Shown: positions 1 through 7,880 of the stretch, piece after piece
How the letters are laid out: each line of letters begins with the position of its first letter
Position numbering within the stretch: position 1 is the first letter of the stretch
NCBI GenBank assembly: GCA_025963725.1
Contig: JAOQAE010000002.1
Location: forward strand, 1,115,765 to 1,179,764
Length of the DNA stretch: 64,000 bases
Reading direction: 5' to 3'
From: Bacteroidota bacterium
Lineage (GTDB): Bacteria > Bacteroidota > Bacteroidia > 2-12-FULL-35-15
Position numbers and translations under genes: made by a program
The notes under the pieces: model-generated
What the model saw: the letters and a program-made list of their open reading frames with translations, nothing else
Told to the model about the DNA's origin: nothing
Database searches by the model: none

Positions 1-1352
1 GCTTCCTCCAGCAGCGGCTCATAATCGTGAACGCCGTTAAAGTACTGATCAAAGACCGCATCAAACGATGCATTCGCGTAATGCTCAATGAGGCCTTTGT
101 AATCCCTATCGGAATAACCCTTCTGCTTCAATGCAAATTCTTCATAGAGATGACGCATTACATCGTCGAGGGAATGCCTGTTCTCCGAATTTTTGCGGAT
201 GAACATATCGGTGACAAAAGCAAGTAAATTACCTTCATCATAAATATTTGTCTTGCGGTTAGGAATGCCCGGAGCGTATCCATCCAGCCAGGTATCGAAT
301 GACGAATCGGCCACGGACATGTTGAACCTGCCTGCATTATCGAAATGCTTCTGGAGGCGCTCGTTGAAGGTGCCGAAATACTGCTCTTCAGTGAACACGC
401 CGGAGCGGTAAAGCAAATAATCGCCGTAATAGGTTGTAACGCCTTCGCATACATAACCGAGCTTTGAATAATTCTCTTTTGTATAATCGTAGGGCTGCAT
501 TTCTATTGGGCGGATGGTCTTGATGTTCCAGGCATGGAAAAGCTCGTGGCAGCTTACGCCAAGCAGATCTTCATACAGGTCGTCTTTCATTAAATTGTAG
601 CCGGGCCCCAAAGCGATCACGGTGGAGGTAGTATGCTCCACGCCATGATAAATGCGCTGCGGCAGGACCTGGAATAAAAAGTGATAAGTTTCGAACGGCG
701 CCTTTTTCATCATCACCAGCTGGTGATCGCAGAATTTTATAAAGTCGGTATTGAGCTTTTCCCAGTCGGGACGGCATTCGCCCTGGAACCACAAGTGGAC
801 CTCGATGCCACCGGAAATAAACTTATTGTGCTGCAATGAGGCGGAGGCAATAAAAGGAGAATCGGCAAGCTCGTGAAAATCATTCGCTTTTAATAGCCTC
901 ACTCCTGCCTTCTCCAGGGGAGAAGGAGTCAACCCGCAGGCCAATTGATATTCCGCTGGCAGCTGCAATTCCATTTCGCATTTTTCATTGATGCGCTCCG
1001 GGATGTACAGGCAGCAGTTCACGGGATTCATATACAGCTGCGTTTCATCCAGGAAGGTCGATCCGGCATTGATCTCCGCTGCATAATAATTGTATTTGAT
1101 GTGAAGCTCGGTAATTCCTTTGGTCTGCACTTTCCAGCTGTCCTTTGTCTGCTTCTGAAACTTCAGCGGATTTCCTTTTTCATCGAAGGCAGCCCATTTC
1201 TGCACATTCTTCGCGAAGTTGCCAAGCTCGTACCGTCCGGGGCGCCATGCGGGCAGTTGCACGAGCGTTTCATCTGCGCTGATCTTACCGGCAATGAATT
1301 CAATGTCTATAAAGTGATTATGCGGTTGTTTGTAGGAAACAATGTATTTCAT
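1..1352 (-). CDS. M61 family zinc metallopeptidase (glycyl aminopeptidase-like), C-terminus cut by the window edge
   Basis: The minus-strand frame is open from the ATG at 1352-1350 to position 1. It is missing from the ORF track because it has no stop inside the window. The N-terminus MKYIVSYKQPHNHFIDIEF...LPAWRPGRYELGNFAKNV and the in-frame HELFHAWN zinc motif (548-525) are typical of peptidase M61. Confidence 0.85.
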   Translation of the reverse strand, partial: MKYIVSYKQPHNHFIDIEFIAGKISADETLVQLPAWRPGRYELGNFAKNVQKWAAFDEKGNPLKFQKQTKDSWKVQTKGITELHIKYNYYAAEINAGSTFLDETQLYMNPVNCCLYIPERINEKCEMELQLPAEYQLACGLTPSPLEKAGVRLLKANDFHELADSPFIASASLQHNKFISGGIEVHLWFQGECRPDWEKLNTDFIKFCDHQLVMMKKAPFETYHFLFQVLPQRIYHGVEHTTSTVIALGPGYNLMKDDLYEDLLGVSCHELFHAWNIKTIRPIEMQPYDYTKENYSKLGYVCEGVTTYYGDYLLYRSGVFTEEQYFGTFNERLQKHFDNAGRFNMSVADSSFDTWLDGYAPGIPNRKTNIYDEGNLLAFVTDMFIRKNSENRHSLDDVMRHLYEEFALKQKGYSDRDYKGLIEHYANASFDAVFDQYFNGVHDYEPLLEE

Positions 1353-1452
1353 GTTGTTGGTTATGAGAGATGCGAATTTAAGAAAAACTTTGAAGGGAAA
1401 AGGATTTTACCACTAAGGCATGAAGAACACATAGAAGCACTAAGCTTTTTTA

Positions 1453-1497
1453 CCACGGAGAAGCGGAGGACACGGAGAAGCACGGAGAATTTTGTGG
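1453..1497. repeat. Short-word repeat: three CACGGAGAA words flanked by complementary TACCAC / GTGGTA
   Basis: Read directly: ccacggagaagcggaggacacggagaagcacggagaattttgtgg. Intergenic. Confidence 0.6.
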
Positions 1498-1575
1498 TAT
1501 AGAGAGGATATGGAGGAAGCTTCGCTTCTTTTGATTGATTTCACATTGTACAACTCGAGGATATTGAATACGTAC

Positions 1576-1689
1576 TTTTTATTTACACTGTAATTTAACT
1601 TATGTTCCGTCATCCCGTGCTTCGACCCCGGATCGGTGTCCGGGGCAGGCACGGGATCTCATAAATGTTTGCAGGATATTTTAGTTGCA
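1576..1689 (+). repeat. Intergenic repeat family A unit (CGTCATCCCGTG ... CACGGGATC hairpin with a nested CCCCGGA..TCCGGGG hairpin)
   Basis: Alignable over about 90-110 bp with 1827-1915. The hairpin core is at 1608-1658, followed by the shared tail ctcataaatg(t/c)ttgcaggatattttag. Confidence 0.8.
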
Positions 1690-1718
1690 GGATGTTCAAG
1701 ATTGCAGCATTCGCTCGC

Positions 1719-1768
1719 CGTCATTTCGAGTATTGCGCTTTCGCGCAATGTATCAAGAAAGTGCGATG
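1719..1768 (+). repeat. Intergenic repeat family B unit (CGTCATTTCGAG box, variable hairpin, TATCAAGAA box)
   Basis: cgtcatttcgagtattgcgctttcgcgcaatgtatcaagaaagtg. The inner palindrome is attgcgc/gcgcaat. Same box architecture as 9341, 22592 and 57786. Confidence 0.7.
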
Positions 1769-1826
1769 GATGTTTTGGCCAAAGATTTTAAAAAGGATTG
1801 AAGCTGCAGTGTATTCGAATGTTGTA

Positions 1827-1915
1827 TTTCTATTTATACTATAATCTAACTCGGTTCCGTCATCCCGTGCCACGACACGGGATCTCATAAATGCTTGCAG
1901 GATATTTTAGCTGCA
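1827..1915 (+). repeat. Intergenic repeat family A unit (short-loop version)
   Basis: cgtcatcccgtgccacgacacgggatc at 1858-1884, with the same flanks as 1576-1689. Confidence 0.8.
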
Positions 1916-2155
1916 CATTCATATAAAGTGCGCGGCCGATTGTACGCAGATTTGCACCGATGTTATGATAAATTATATGATCGTCTTCGAATCGGATGGA
2001 TTATGATTGACGTACTACATGATGCCAAAGCTTAGCCGAGCGCACTGTGTAAAACCACGTATTAAAAATGGGTGTTTTCGCGGATTGACTTTGAAATGTT
2101 AATAATCCAAATTTGCGGAACAGAACTATATAAACCTTCACTTAAACCAGATAAC

Positions 2156-3520
2156 ATGAAAAACTTTACATTCATCCTTATTATTTCTATGGCATTTGCG
2201 TCCTGTAACAAGCATGTTGTAAGCAAGATCGAATACCGTCCTTCTACTAACACTACTATTTATATGGATAAGGATGGTCGATCAATAGATTCAGATCCTT
2301 TCGCAAAAGAAGGCTCAAAAATAATGGTAAAAGTAATAAACGACAATCCGCTTGCTAATGATATTACCATAACACAAGGTGATCCAGTACTTTTTTACAT
2401 GAGTGAGAAACCAGAGCTGCTAATGACATTTTTGAATCCAGGCAAAAGTGACGATGCAAAGAACTCTGCCGTGTCAGGTACCCCGAATTCTCATGATAAA
2501 AAAAACCTAACAGACACTATTCAGCAGTTCAAACTATTTTACAACTCACTCATCAGCTTAAATTATTTAATAGAGGATTTTAAATACTCAAAAAAAATAA
2601 ACGACAACTGTATCTGCTTGTCATTACAGGACATTATAAAGGATCTAAAAGCGCATTTTTTTGACGAGGAGAGAATTAAAAACATTTTCAACCATTGCCC
2701 AGAAAAAGACACAATTTGCGATGATGCACTGTTAGCAGAAATGGTCATTGACCAAGCAAAAAAGTATAAAGATTATTTTGCCAAACAACCGGAGGCGCTG
2801 GCTTTGAAAATAATCGATACTGCCAATAAGGACCATGAGGCTATATTAGCTCTAATCAAAGAAGTAAGTGGTATCAACAACGCTTTTAATGATAAATATA
2901 TGAACGAGATCATGGGAGTCGTAGAAAAATACAAATTATTGTATGATTTGAAATACGAAGAGAACATCGGGCCTTTTATACCTGAGGAAACAGATATACT
3001 AAAACTGAATGTCACTATCAATAACAAAGTAAAAAGCAAAACCATAACTCAGGTCATTAATCTGCCTGTGTGTAAGGCCATGAAGATCGACTTTTCAACT
3101 GGAGTATTTGCGACCGGACTATTGGATGAAGATTACAAAATAAATAAAAACCAAGCTGATACATCCTACTCATTTGCGATATACAATCCCAATAATCTTG
3201 GATATGGAACTATAGGCTTTGTAAACTTCCATCCTTCTTTAGCGGGGCTTCCAGGATTTTCAGTGGGAGGATCTATAGGAGCCGGACTTATGTTTAATAA
3301 CTCTGCGAAATTTGTACTATCCCCTACCGTTTCATTCTTTTTCGGGAAATATCAGCGGCTGGTCATTCACGGGGGTATTGCTATAGGACAAGTCGATAGA
3401 ATATCCGCTATTTACAGTGAAGGGGAAAGTTATGATGACGCAGATTACAAACCGGAGATTAAGCAGGAAGTTAACTTGAGCTGGCTTGTGGGAGCGACCT
3501 GGAATATCTCGCGAAAATAA
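2156..3520 (+). CDS. Hypothetical lipoprotein with a C-terminal Gly/aromatic-rich beta-strand-like region
   Basis: ORF 2072-3520 trimmed to the ATG at 2156, which gives the lipobox signal MKNFTFILIISMAFASC. The gene is visibly A+T-rich compared with its neighbours. I recognise no family. Confidence 0.7.
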   Translation: MKNFTFILIISMAFASCNKHVVSKIEYRPSTNTTIYMDKDGRSIDSDPFAKEGSKIMVKVINDNPLANDITITQGDPVLFYMSEKPELLMTFLNPGKSDDAKNSAVSGTPNSHDKKNLTDTIQQFKLFYNSLISLNYLIEDFKYSKKINDNCICLSLQDIIKDLKAHFFDEERIKNIFNHCPEKDTICDDALLAEMVIDQAKKYKDYFAKQPEALALKIIDTANKDHEAILALIKEVSGINNAFNDKYMNEIMGVVEKYKLLYDLKYEENIGPFIPEETDILKLNVTINNKVKSKTITQVINLPVCKAMKIDFSTGVFATGLLDEDYKINKNQADTSYSFAIYNPNNLGYGTIGFVNFHPSLAGLPGFSVGGSIGAGLMFNNSAKFVLSPTVSFFFGKYQRLVIHGGIAIGQVDRISAIYSEGESYDDADYKPEIKQEVNLSWLVGATWNISRK

Positions 3521-3551
3521 GATAATGCCAATATTACTTCTTCATAATTAT

Positions 3552-3580
3552 AAAAAGCCATCTCCCCGATGGCTTTTTTA
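3552..3580 (+). terminator. Rho-independent terminator
   Basis: aaaagccatc-tcccc-gatggctttt stem-loop followed by a T-run, 30 nt after the stop at 3520. Confidence 0.8.
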
Positions 3581-3612
3581 TTCTTCCTTTCATAAAAACA
3601 CCATAGTACTTA

Positions 3613-3969
3613 TAGGAATCGCAACGACAACTAACGGAATCAACACGTCACCAACAGAGAATAAAGCACAATGCTCCGGAACTGAAACACCACCTCCGTG
3701 AACTGACACAGCAGTCAAAAGAATCAAAAGCTCAGGCAACAGAAAATAACCCGAAAGGTTCAGGAAATGCCATTTCACCTTCGGAGAACATCACAGCAAG
3801 TTCGAGAAACAACATTTCAACTGCGGGAAACAACTCGAAAGGTGCGGAAATTGATATTTCACTCACGGGAAATTACACAAGAATCGCGGGAATTGAAAAT
3901 TCACTTGCGGGGAGCAACACGAAAGCTGCGGGGAAAGAATATTCTCTCGCGGGGAACGACATGGTAGTT
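3613..3969. repeat. Degenerate tandem array with strict 21-bp periodicity (about 17 units, core (G/T/A)C(G/A)G(G/A)(G/A)A)
   Basis: The core motif starts at 3634, 3655, 3676, 3697, 3718, 3739, 3760, 3781, 3802, 3823, 3844, 3865, 3886, 3907, 3928 and 3949, exactly 21 nt apart. The last seven units read GCGGGAA, GCGGAAA, ACGGGAA, GCGGGAA, GCGGGGA, GCGGGGA, GCGGGGA. No single ORF spans the array. Confidence 0.8.
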
Positions 3970-4178
3970 ATAGAAAATTATTTTTAAGCTTAAAAAAGTT
4001 CCCACTCCTTAGCCGGCAGCTACTTAATTTCCTAAAAATCTGCACATAAGAAAACAGGCAAGCTATTCCGAAAACTTAGTTCCGGAGTTTTTTTCGCTGG
4101 CGCTGTATTAAAATTTGGTTTTGATTTGCCCCCGAAATTGTGCCGCTAAAAATTTAACAGGCATGGTTGTAATCTAAT

Positions 4179-5138
4179 ATGAAAAGAGCATTTGAAAACA
4201 AACTGTCGATGTACCTCGCTGTACAACAGGTATGCGCCGACAACAATGCAGTATGGTCGGGAGTAGGCGCCGTGAGCGCAGCCATTACCGAATTCAACAA
4301 CACTATCACAGCGATCACTGCTGCAAGGCAGATCCAGGAAAACAGCCATACCGGCCTCACCGAGGATAAAAAGCTGAAACAGGAAGCAATGGCCAACGTG
4401 GCTATGGTTGTAAAGGGCGCCGTGCAGGCTTACGCTACCGACAGCCGCAACAACGAGCTGTATGAAAGCGTGAACTACAGCAACTCGGCTATTAAAAAAC
4501 AGCCGGACACCATTGCAAGGGACAGGGCGCTGCTGATCTACAACAAAGCAATGTCGGTAAACACAGTGCTGGGCAATTACGGGGTGAACAGTACTGTTCT
4601 AACAAGTCTCCAGTCGGCCATCACGGACTTTGAAGCGATCATGTCGAGGCCGCGAACAGCGATCAACTCTGTAAAAGCTTCTACCCTGCAGATCAGCGAG
4701 CTCTTCGCAAATGCCGACATCGTGCTGAAGCGCAGGATCGACAAGCTGATGCTTCAGTTCAGCATCAGCAGTCCGGCTTTTTACAACACCTTTACCAATG
4801 CACGGCAAATTGTAGACTCCGGTAAGGGAAGCAAAACGCTGGAAGCGTTCCTCAATGCCGGAGAAGTAAAAACGGTGCACCGCGTGATCAACGGATCAAC
4901 ACTTACCAATACGGGCTCCACGGCGCTTCGCTATTGCGCCGACCGCCTTCCTCCCTGCGATGCCGGCGATGAAAGCGCAATCATCATCCAGCCGGGTGAT
5001 TCTATTGAGGTGGACATAAAAAAGAGCTATGTTACCTTAACCAACACCGACACTGCCAGCAAAGGCAGCTTTAAGGTGAAAGTGACGAGCACAGTGCCTG
5101 TGGCTGCGGAAGCGGTTGCTGCCGGAGCCGGACACTAA
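4179..5138 (+). CDS. Hypothetical protein (helical N-terminal two thirds, beta-rich C-terminus, Ala-rich tail)
   Basis: 319-aa ORF with a clean ATG, followed by a strong terminator. No motif recognised. Confidence 0.7.
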   Translation: MKRAFENKLSMYLAVQQVCADNNAVWSGVGAVSAAITEFNNTITAITAARQIQENSHTGLTEDKKLKQEAMANVAMVVKGAVQAYATDSRNNELYESVNYSNSAIKKQPDTIARDRALLIYNKAMSVNTVLGNYGVNSTVLTSLQSAITDFEAIMSRPRTAINSVKASTLQISELFANADIVLKRRIDKLMLQFSISSPAFYNTFTNARQIVDSGKGSKTLEAFLNAGEVKTVHRVINGSTLTNTGSTALRYCADRLPPCDAGDESAIIIQPGDSIEVDIKKSYVTLTNTDTASKGSFKVKVTSTVPVAAEAVAAGAGH

Positions 5139-5160
5139 AAGATACTAAACATGAAAGGAG

Positions 5161-5190
5161 AAGTCCCGCAGGTATGCGGGACTTTTTTTT
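5161..5190 (+). terminator. Rho-independent terminator
   Basis: aagtcccgca-ggta-tgcgggactt stem followed by TTTTTTTT. Confidence 0.85.
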
Positions 5191-5237
5191 GACCTCTAGA
5201 ATTCACAAAGGGAATTATCTACTAAGCAAGAATATTG

Positions 5238-5256
5238 TTTAAATGGTTTACATTTG
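5238..5256 (+). promoter_or_regulatory. Putative sigma-A promoter (TACATTTG -7 box) inside a 19-nt block identical to 6203-6221
   Basis: tttaaatggtttacatttg. The TAnnTTTG box at 5249-5256 lies 20 nt upstream of the ATG at 5277. Confidence 0.5.
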
Positions 5257-5276
5257 TACAGAATAGACTAATCAAA

Positions 5277-5885
5277 ATGAAAGCACTCATAAGAAACGAT
5301 AAAACATATCCACCTTCTCAACTTCCTGAATTAGAATCACACTATTTTCTTCACAATGGAATAAAGGCATATTCCGGTTCTATTTTCAAAAGGCCACTGA
5401 AAAGAAACGGTCTGTTTACACATTATGCTTTTTTTCTTGGATTCGATCATGATGGAACTGTTTGGATGCTTGAAAACAATGAAGACGGTGTAGAATGTGT
5501 AACCTGGAACGACTTTATGTCAAAAAGCGACCGATCTGAACTTGTCCACCTTGAGCCAGATGACAGTCAATTTAGTGAAATTATTAAACGTGTAATAGAG
5601 CGCTCAACTCTGGAATATAATGCTCATCTCAATAATTGTGAGCATTTCGTAAATTATTGTGTACTCTATAATTTCAAAAGCCATCAAGCGGATGGAATGA
5701 GAAATATTACAGATAAGCTTCTTTCATTAGTTGAGTTAAGCATTCTTAAACAAACCGATTCAGCCTTTCATGAATCTTTAGAAGATTATAATGAGGTTCG
5801 TGAACTCCTCCAACTTAAAAGAGGTAATGAAAAATTAGACAATAAGATAACCGAAAAAATAAAACATTTAAACAAAAACGGATGA
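5277..5885 (+). CDS. LRAT / NlpC-P60 superfamily papain-like protein (H-box ... NCEHF motif)
   Basis: ORF 5235-5885 trimmed to the ATG at 5277. HYAFFLGFDHDG ... EYNAHLNNCEHFVNYC matches the His plus NCEHF catalytic-Cys signature of the LRAT/H-rev107 family. The gene is A+T-rich. Confidence 0.6.
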   Translation: MKALIRNDKTYPPSQLPELESHYFLHNGIKAYSGSIFKRPLKRNGLFTHYAFFLGFDHDGTVWMLENNEDGVECVTWNDFMSKSDRSELVHLEPDDSQFSEIIKRVIERSTLEYNAHLNNCEHFVNYCVLYNFKSHQADGMRNITDKLLSLVELSILKQTDSAFHESLEDYNEVRELLQLKRGNEKLDNKITEKIKHLNKNG

Positions 5886-5943
5886 AACAATTCATATTGT
5901 TTCTTATACTCACCTCCATTATCAACTCCAACAATCACATAAC

Positions 5944-5975
5944 AAAAGCCGTCTTTAGAGATGGCTTTTGTTTTT
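5944..5975 (+). terminator. Rho-independent terminator
   Basis: aaaagccgtct-tt-agatggctttt stem (one G-U pair) followed by gttttt. Confidence 0.65.
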
Positions 5976-5987
5976 CTATTCTCTCCA

Positions 5988-6132
5988 TTCTTTTTTTCTG
6001 CCGCAAAAAAGAAGCAAAAAAGCCCACCACGAAAGCCAACCACCCTCCTTTTCTTCACACAAGCCTGCGCCTTTACGCTGAAAAGAGGGCGGTTCGCACC
6101 TTTCGTGGACGTCCACGCGCGAGGCGAGAATG
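5988..6132 (+). repeat. 145-bp multi-hairpin direct repeat, copy 1
   Basis: Differs from 6925-7070 at about 5 positions over about 146 nt. It contains an A/U hairpin (cttcttttttt..aaaaaagaag), a long-range CCACGAAAG/CTTTCGTGG pairing, an inner CCCTCCTTTT/AAAAGAGGG pairing, and the perfect 14-bp palindrome CGTGGACGTCCACG. Confidence 0.85.
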
Positions 6133-6202
6133 TTTGGCGGGGATTGCCTGTAGGTGATCTAAAAAGCTTTACTGCTCCGTATTTTTACGGAAGTGTGAGT
6201 TA

Positions 6203-6221
6203 TTTAAATGGTTTACATTTG
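6203..6221 (+). promoter_or_regulatory. Putative sigma-A promoter (TACATTTG -7 box), 19-nt block identical to 5238-5256
   Basis: tttaaatggtttacatttg. The box at 6214-6221 lies 31 nt upstream of the ATG at 6253. Confidence 0.5.
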
Positions 6222-6252
6222 ATTCAATTTTTAAAAACCAACTTTCCAACCC

Positions 6253-6777
6253 ATGAAACACTCTTTCTTGTTTCTTGTCCTCAGCTTCATCATCGCCTGC
6301 AAATCCTCCGAAGGAATAGACAATGATTCCAGCAACCTCCGGATGGATGGGTTTTACATGGCAAAAAGCCTGTTCAGCACAGCCAAACCGGATACTGTAA
6401 ACGGAATGCCTGTGGAAAGGAACAGCATGAAGCTTCTGCGGTTCTATAATCTGGATAGCGGTGTGATCATACCCGAAAACATGCCAAAGGACTTTCAAAT
6501 GACAGCGGTAGAAATTGAACGGTATTACAAGTGGTGTGAAGAGTATGAGGTAAAGAACCCGGCTGACAAGGATTTCGTGAATTTCCAGTTCAAGCTATAT
6601 GGAAAGGACTCAATACGTTTCTCGCAGGTTTCTCCCAATACTCAAATAGAGTATACAGGTAAGGTGTTTAAAGATTCCATTGCTTTGAACTATGTGATGC
6701 ATCCGATGGGGATGGGTGCATCCGTTTCGCTGCCTGCTAAGCCGATTTATTTTAAGTTTTATCCGAAAACAAAGTAA
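6253..6777 (+). CDS. Hypothetical lipoprotein
   Basis: MKHSFLFLVLSFIIAC lipobox, 174 aa, followed by a terminator. Confidence 0.7.
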   Translation: MKHSFLFLVLSFIIACKSSEGIDNDSSNLRMDGFYMAKSLFSTAKPDTVNGMPVERNSMKLLRFYNLDSGVIIPENMPKDFQMTAVEIERYYKWCEEYEVKNPADKDFVNFQFKLYGKDSIRFSQVSPNTQIEYTGKVFKDSIALNYVMHPMGMGASVSLPAKPIYFKFYPKTK

Positions 6778-6790
6778 AATTCGAAGTAAG

Positions 6791-6820
6791 AAAAGCCACC
6801 TATCGGTGGCTTTTTACTTT
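6791..6820 (+). terminator. Rho-independent terminator
   Basis: aaaagccacc-tatc-ggtggctttt stem followed by a T-run. Confidence 0.8.
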
Positions 6821-6924
6821 TACCTTTTATCTCTTCTTTTTTTCTTTCTTTTTCGAAGAGTCTAAAGGCGAGTACTGCATTCTCATCTGCGAGAACCGGA
6901 ATCATTTTCTTTTTTTTATATCAC

Positions 6925-7070
6925 TTCTTTTTTTCTGCCGCAAAAAAAGAAGCAAAAAAGCCCACCACGAAAGCCAACCACCCTCCTTTTCTCCACACAA
7001 GCCTACGCCTTTACGCCGAAAAGAGGGCGGTTCGCTCCTTTCGTGGACGTCCACGCGCGAGGCGAGAATG
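6925..7070 (+). repeat. 145-bp multi-hairpin direct repeat, copy 2
   Basis: See 5988-6132. Same orientation. Both copies sit just downstream of a terminator. Confidence 0.85.
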
Positions 7071-7080
7071 ATTGCGATGT

Positions 7081-7128
7081 TATCCCGTGCTACGCCTGTC
7101 CCGGACCTGATCCGGGGACAGGAATCTC
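7081..7128 (+). repeat. Degenerate family A-like hairpin element
   Basis: tatcccgtgctacgcctgtcccggacctgatccggggacaggaatctc. It keeps the nested CCCGGA..TCCGGGG hairpin but has lost the outer right arm. Confidence 0.5.
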
Positions 7129-7235
7129 TTCATTAGAACCGATTAGTCCCAGACCATGTCACGATTTTTTAATTAAAATGCGTTTCAAACAGGTACATTT
7201 TTTTAATACAAAAAAGTAAATTAAACCTAAAAACC

Positions 7236-7478
7236 ATGTGCAAGTTCTCCATCGAATACCAGGGTGCAATTGACCCGCTTATTGAAAAAGCAAGGACCCA
7301 GATCACCTCCAACGGCGGAACCTTTAACGGCAATACCGAAAAAGGCTCCTTTTCCGTAAAAGGCATTGAAGGCAGCTATACCGTTCAGCCGGAGGCTATT
7401 GCTTTTCATATCACCAAAAAGCCTTTTATTGTAGGTTGTGGATTTATAGAGAATAAGCTGCGGGATTATTTGGGGTAA
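7236..7478 (+). CDS. Small hypothetical protein (80 aa)
   Basis: The ORF has plausible composition. No family was recognised with confidence. Confidence 0.5.
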   Translation: MCKFSIEYQGAIDPLIEKARTQITSNGGTFNGNTEKGSFSVKGIEGSYTVQPEAIAFHITKKPFIVGCGFIENKLRDYLG

Positions 7479-7505
7479 ACGCTAGGATTCCATCCCCGCG
7501 CACAT

Positions 7506-7616
7506 TTCTCGATACATCCTTCCCGAAAAGGGAAGGATACTCGAAATGACGACGCACGCAACAGTAAATCAGACGTTCTCGTTCCGATAGCTATCGGAAT
7601 CGCTCGAACTGACACC
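7506..7616 (-). repeat. Two family B units in reverse orientation
   Basis: ttctcgatac-ATCCTTCCCgaaaaGGGAAGGAT-actcgaaatgacg at 7506-7553. cgttctcg-TTCCGATAGCTATCGGAA-tcgctcgaactgac at 7574-7616. The boxes are conserved and the central hairpins differ. Confidence 0.7.
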
Positions 7617-7650
7617 ACACACAGCACGTCACCCATCACATCAGTACCCG

Positions 7651-7770
7651 GCCTGCGAGGGATACCCAGCCTCTGCGTTCCCCGCGTCTCTGCGAGAAAA
7701 CACCTTTGCGATCTTGCGCCTTTGCGAGAAAATCAATCGTCGGAGACGATAAAATCTGCGAATCTGCGGC
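7651..7770. repeat. Cluster of CT(C/T)TGCG / CTGCGAGAAAA short-word repeats
   Basis: ctgcgagg, ctctgcg, tctctgcgagaaaa, ctttgcg, cttgcg, ctttgcgagaaaa, tctgcg, tctgcgg, read directly. Similar words occur at 53960-54040. Confidence 0.5.
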
Positions 7771-7880
7771 TATAGATGGCCTCCGCACCGTTCCTGCCCG
7801 AATATTTCATTACCCGAATAATTTTCCTACTTTCGCATAGCATAATTAAGAAATCACGATAATCTTATAATTTCAAAAAA

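Noticed and set aside
3767-3967. A 66-aa ORF whose translation shows a 7-residue repeat (QVRETTF QLRETTR KVRKLIF ...).
   Set aside because: The 21-bp periodicity extends about 170 bp further upstream, where this frame is closed. Other short ORFs in other frames and on the other strand cover the rest. I treat it as a non-coding array, or at most a decayed pseudogene.
6085-6110. A GGTTCG-containing segment in the 145-bp repeat that superficially resembles a tRNA T-arm.
   Set aside because: The flanking bases do not form a T-stem, and no acceptor or anticodon arms can be drawn. I spotted no tRNA anywhere in the intergenic regions.
5882-6326. ORFs 5882-6157, 5961-6326 and 5786-6058 across the first 145-bp repeat.
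   Set aside because: They run through a terminator and a repeated structured element. Their translations are low-complexity (poly-F/K/P). The second repeat copy carries no equivalent ORF.
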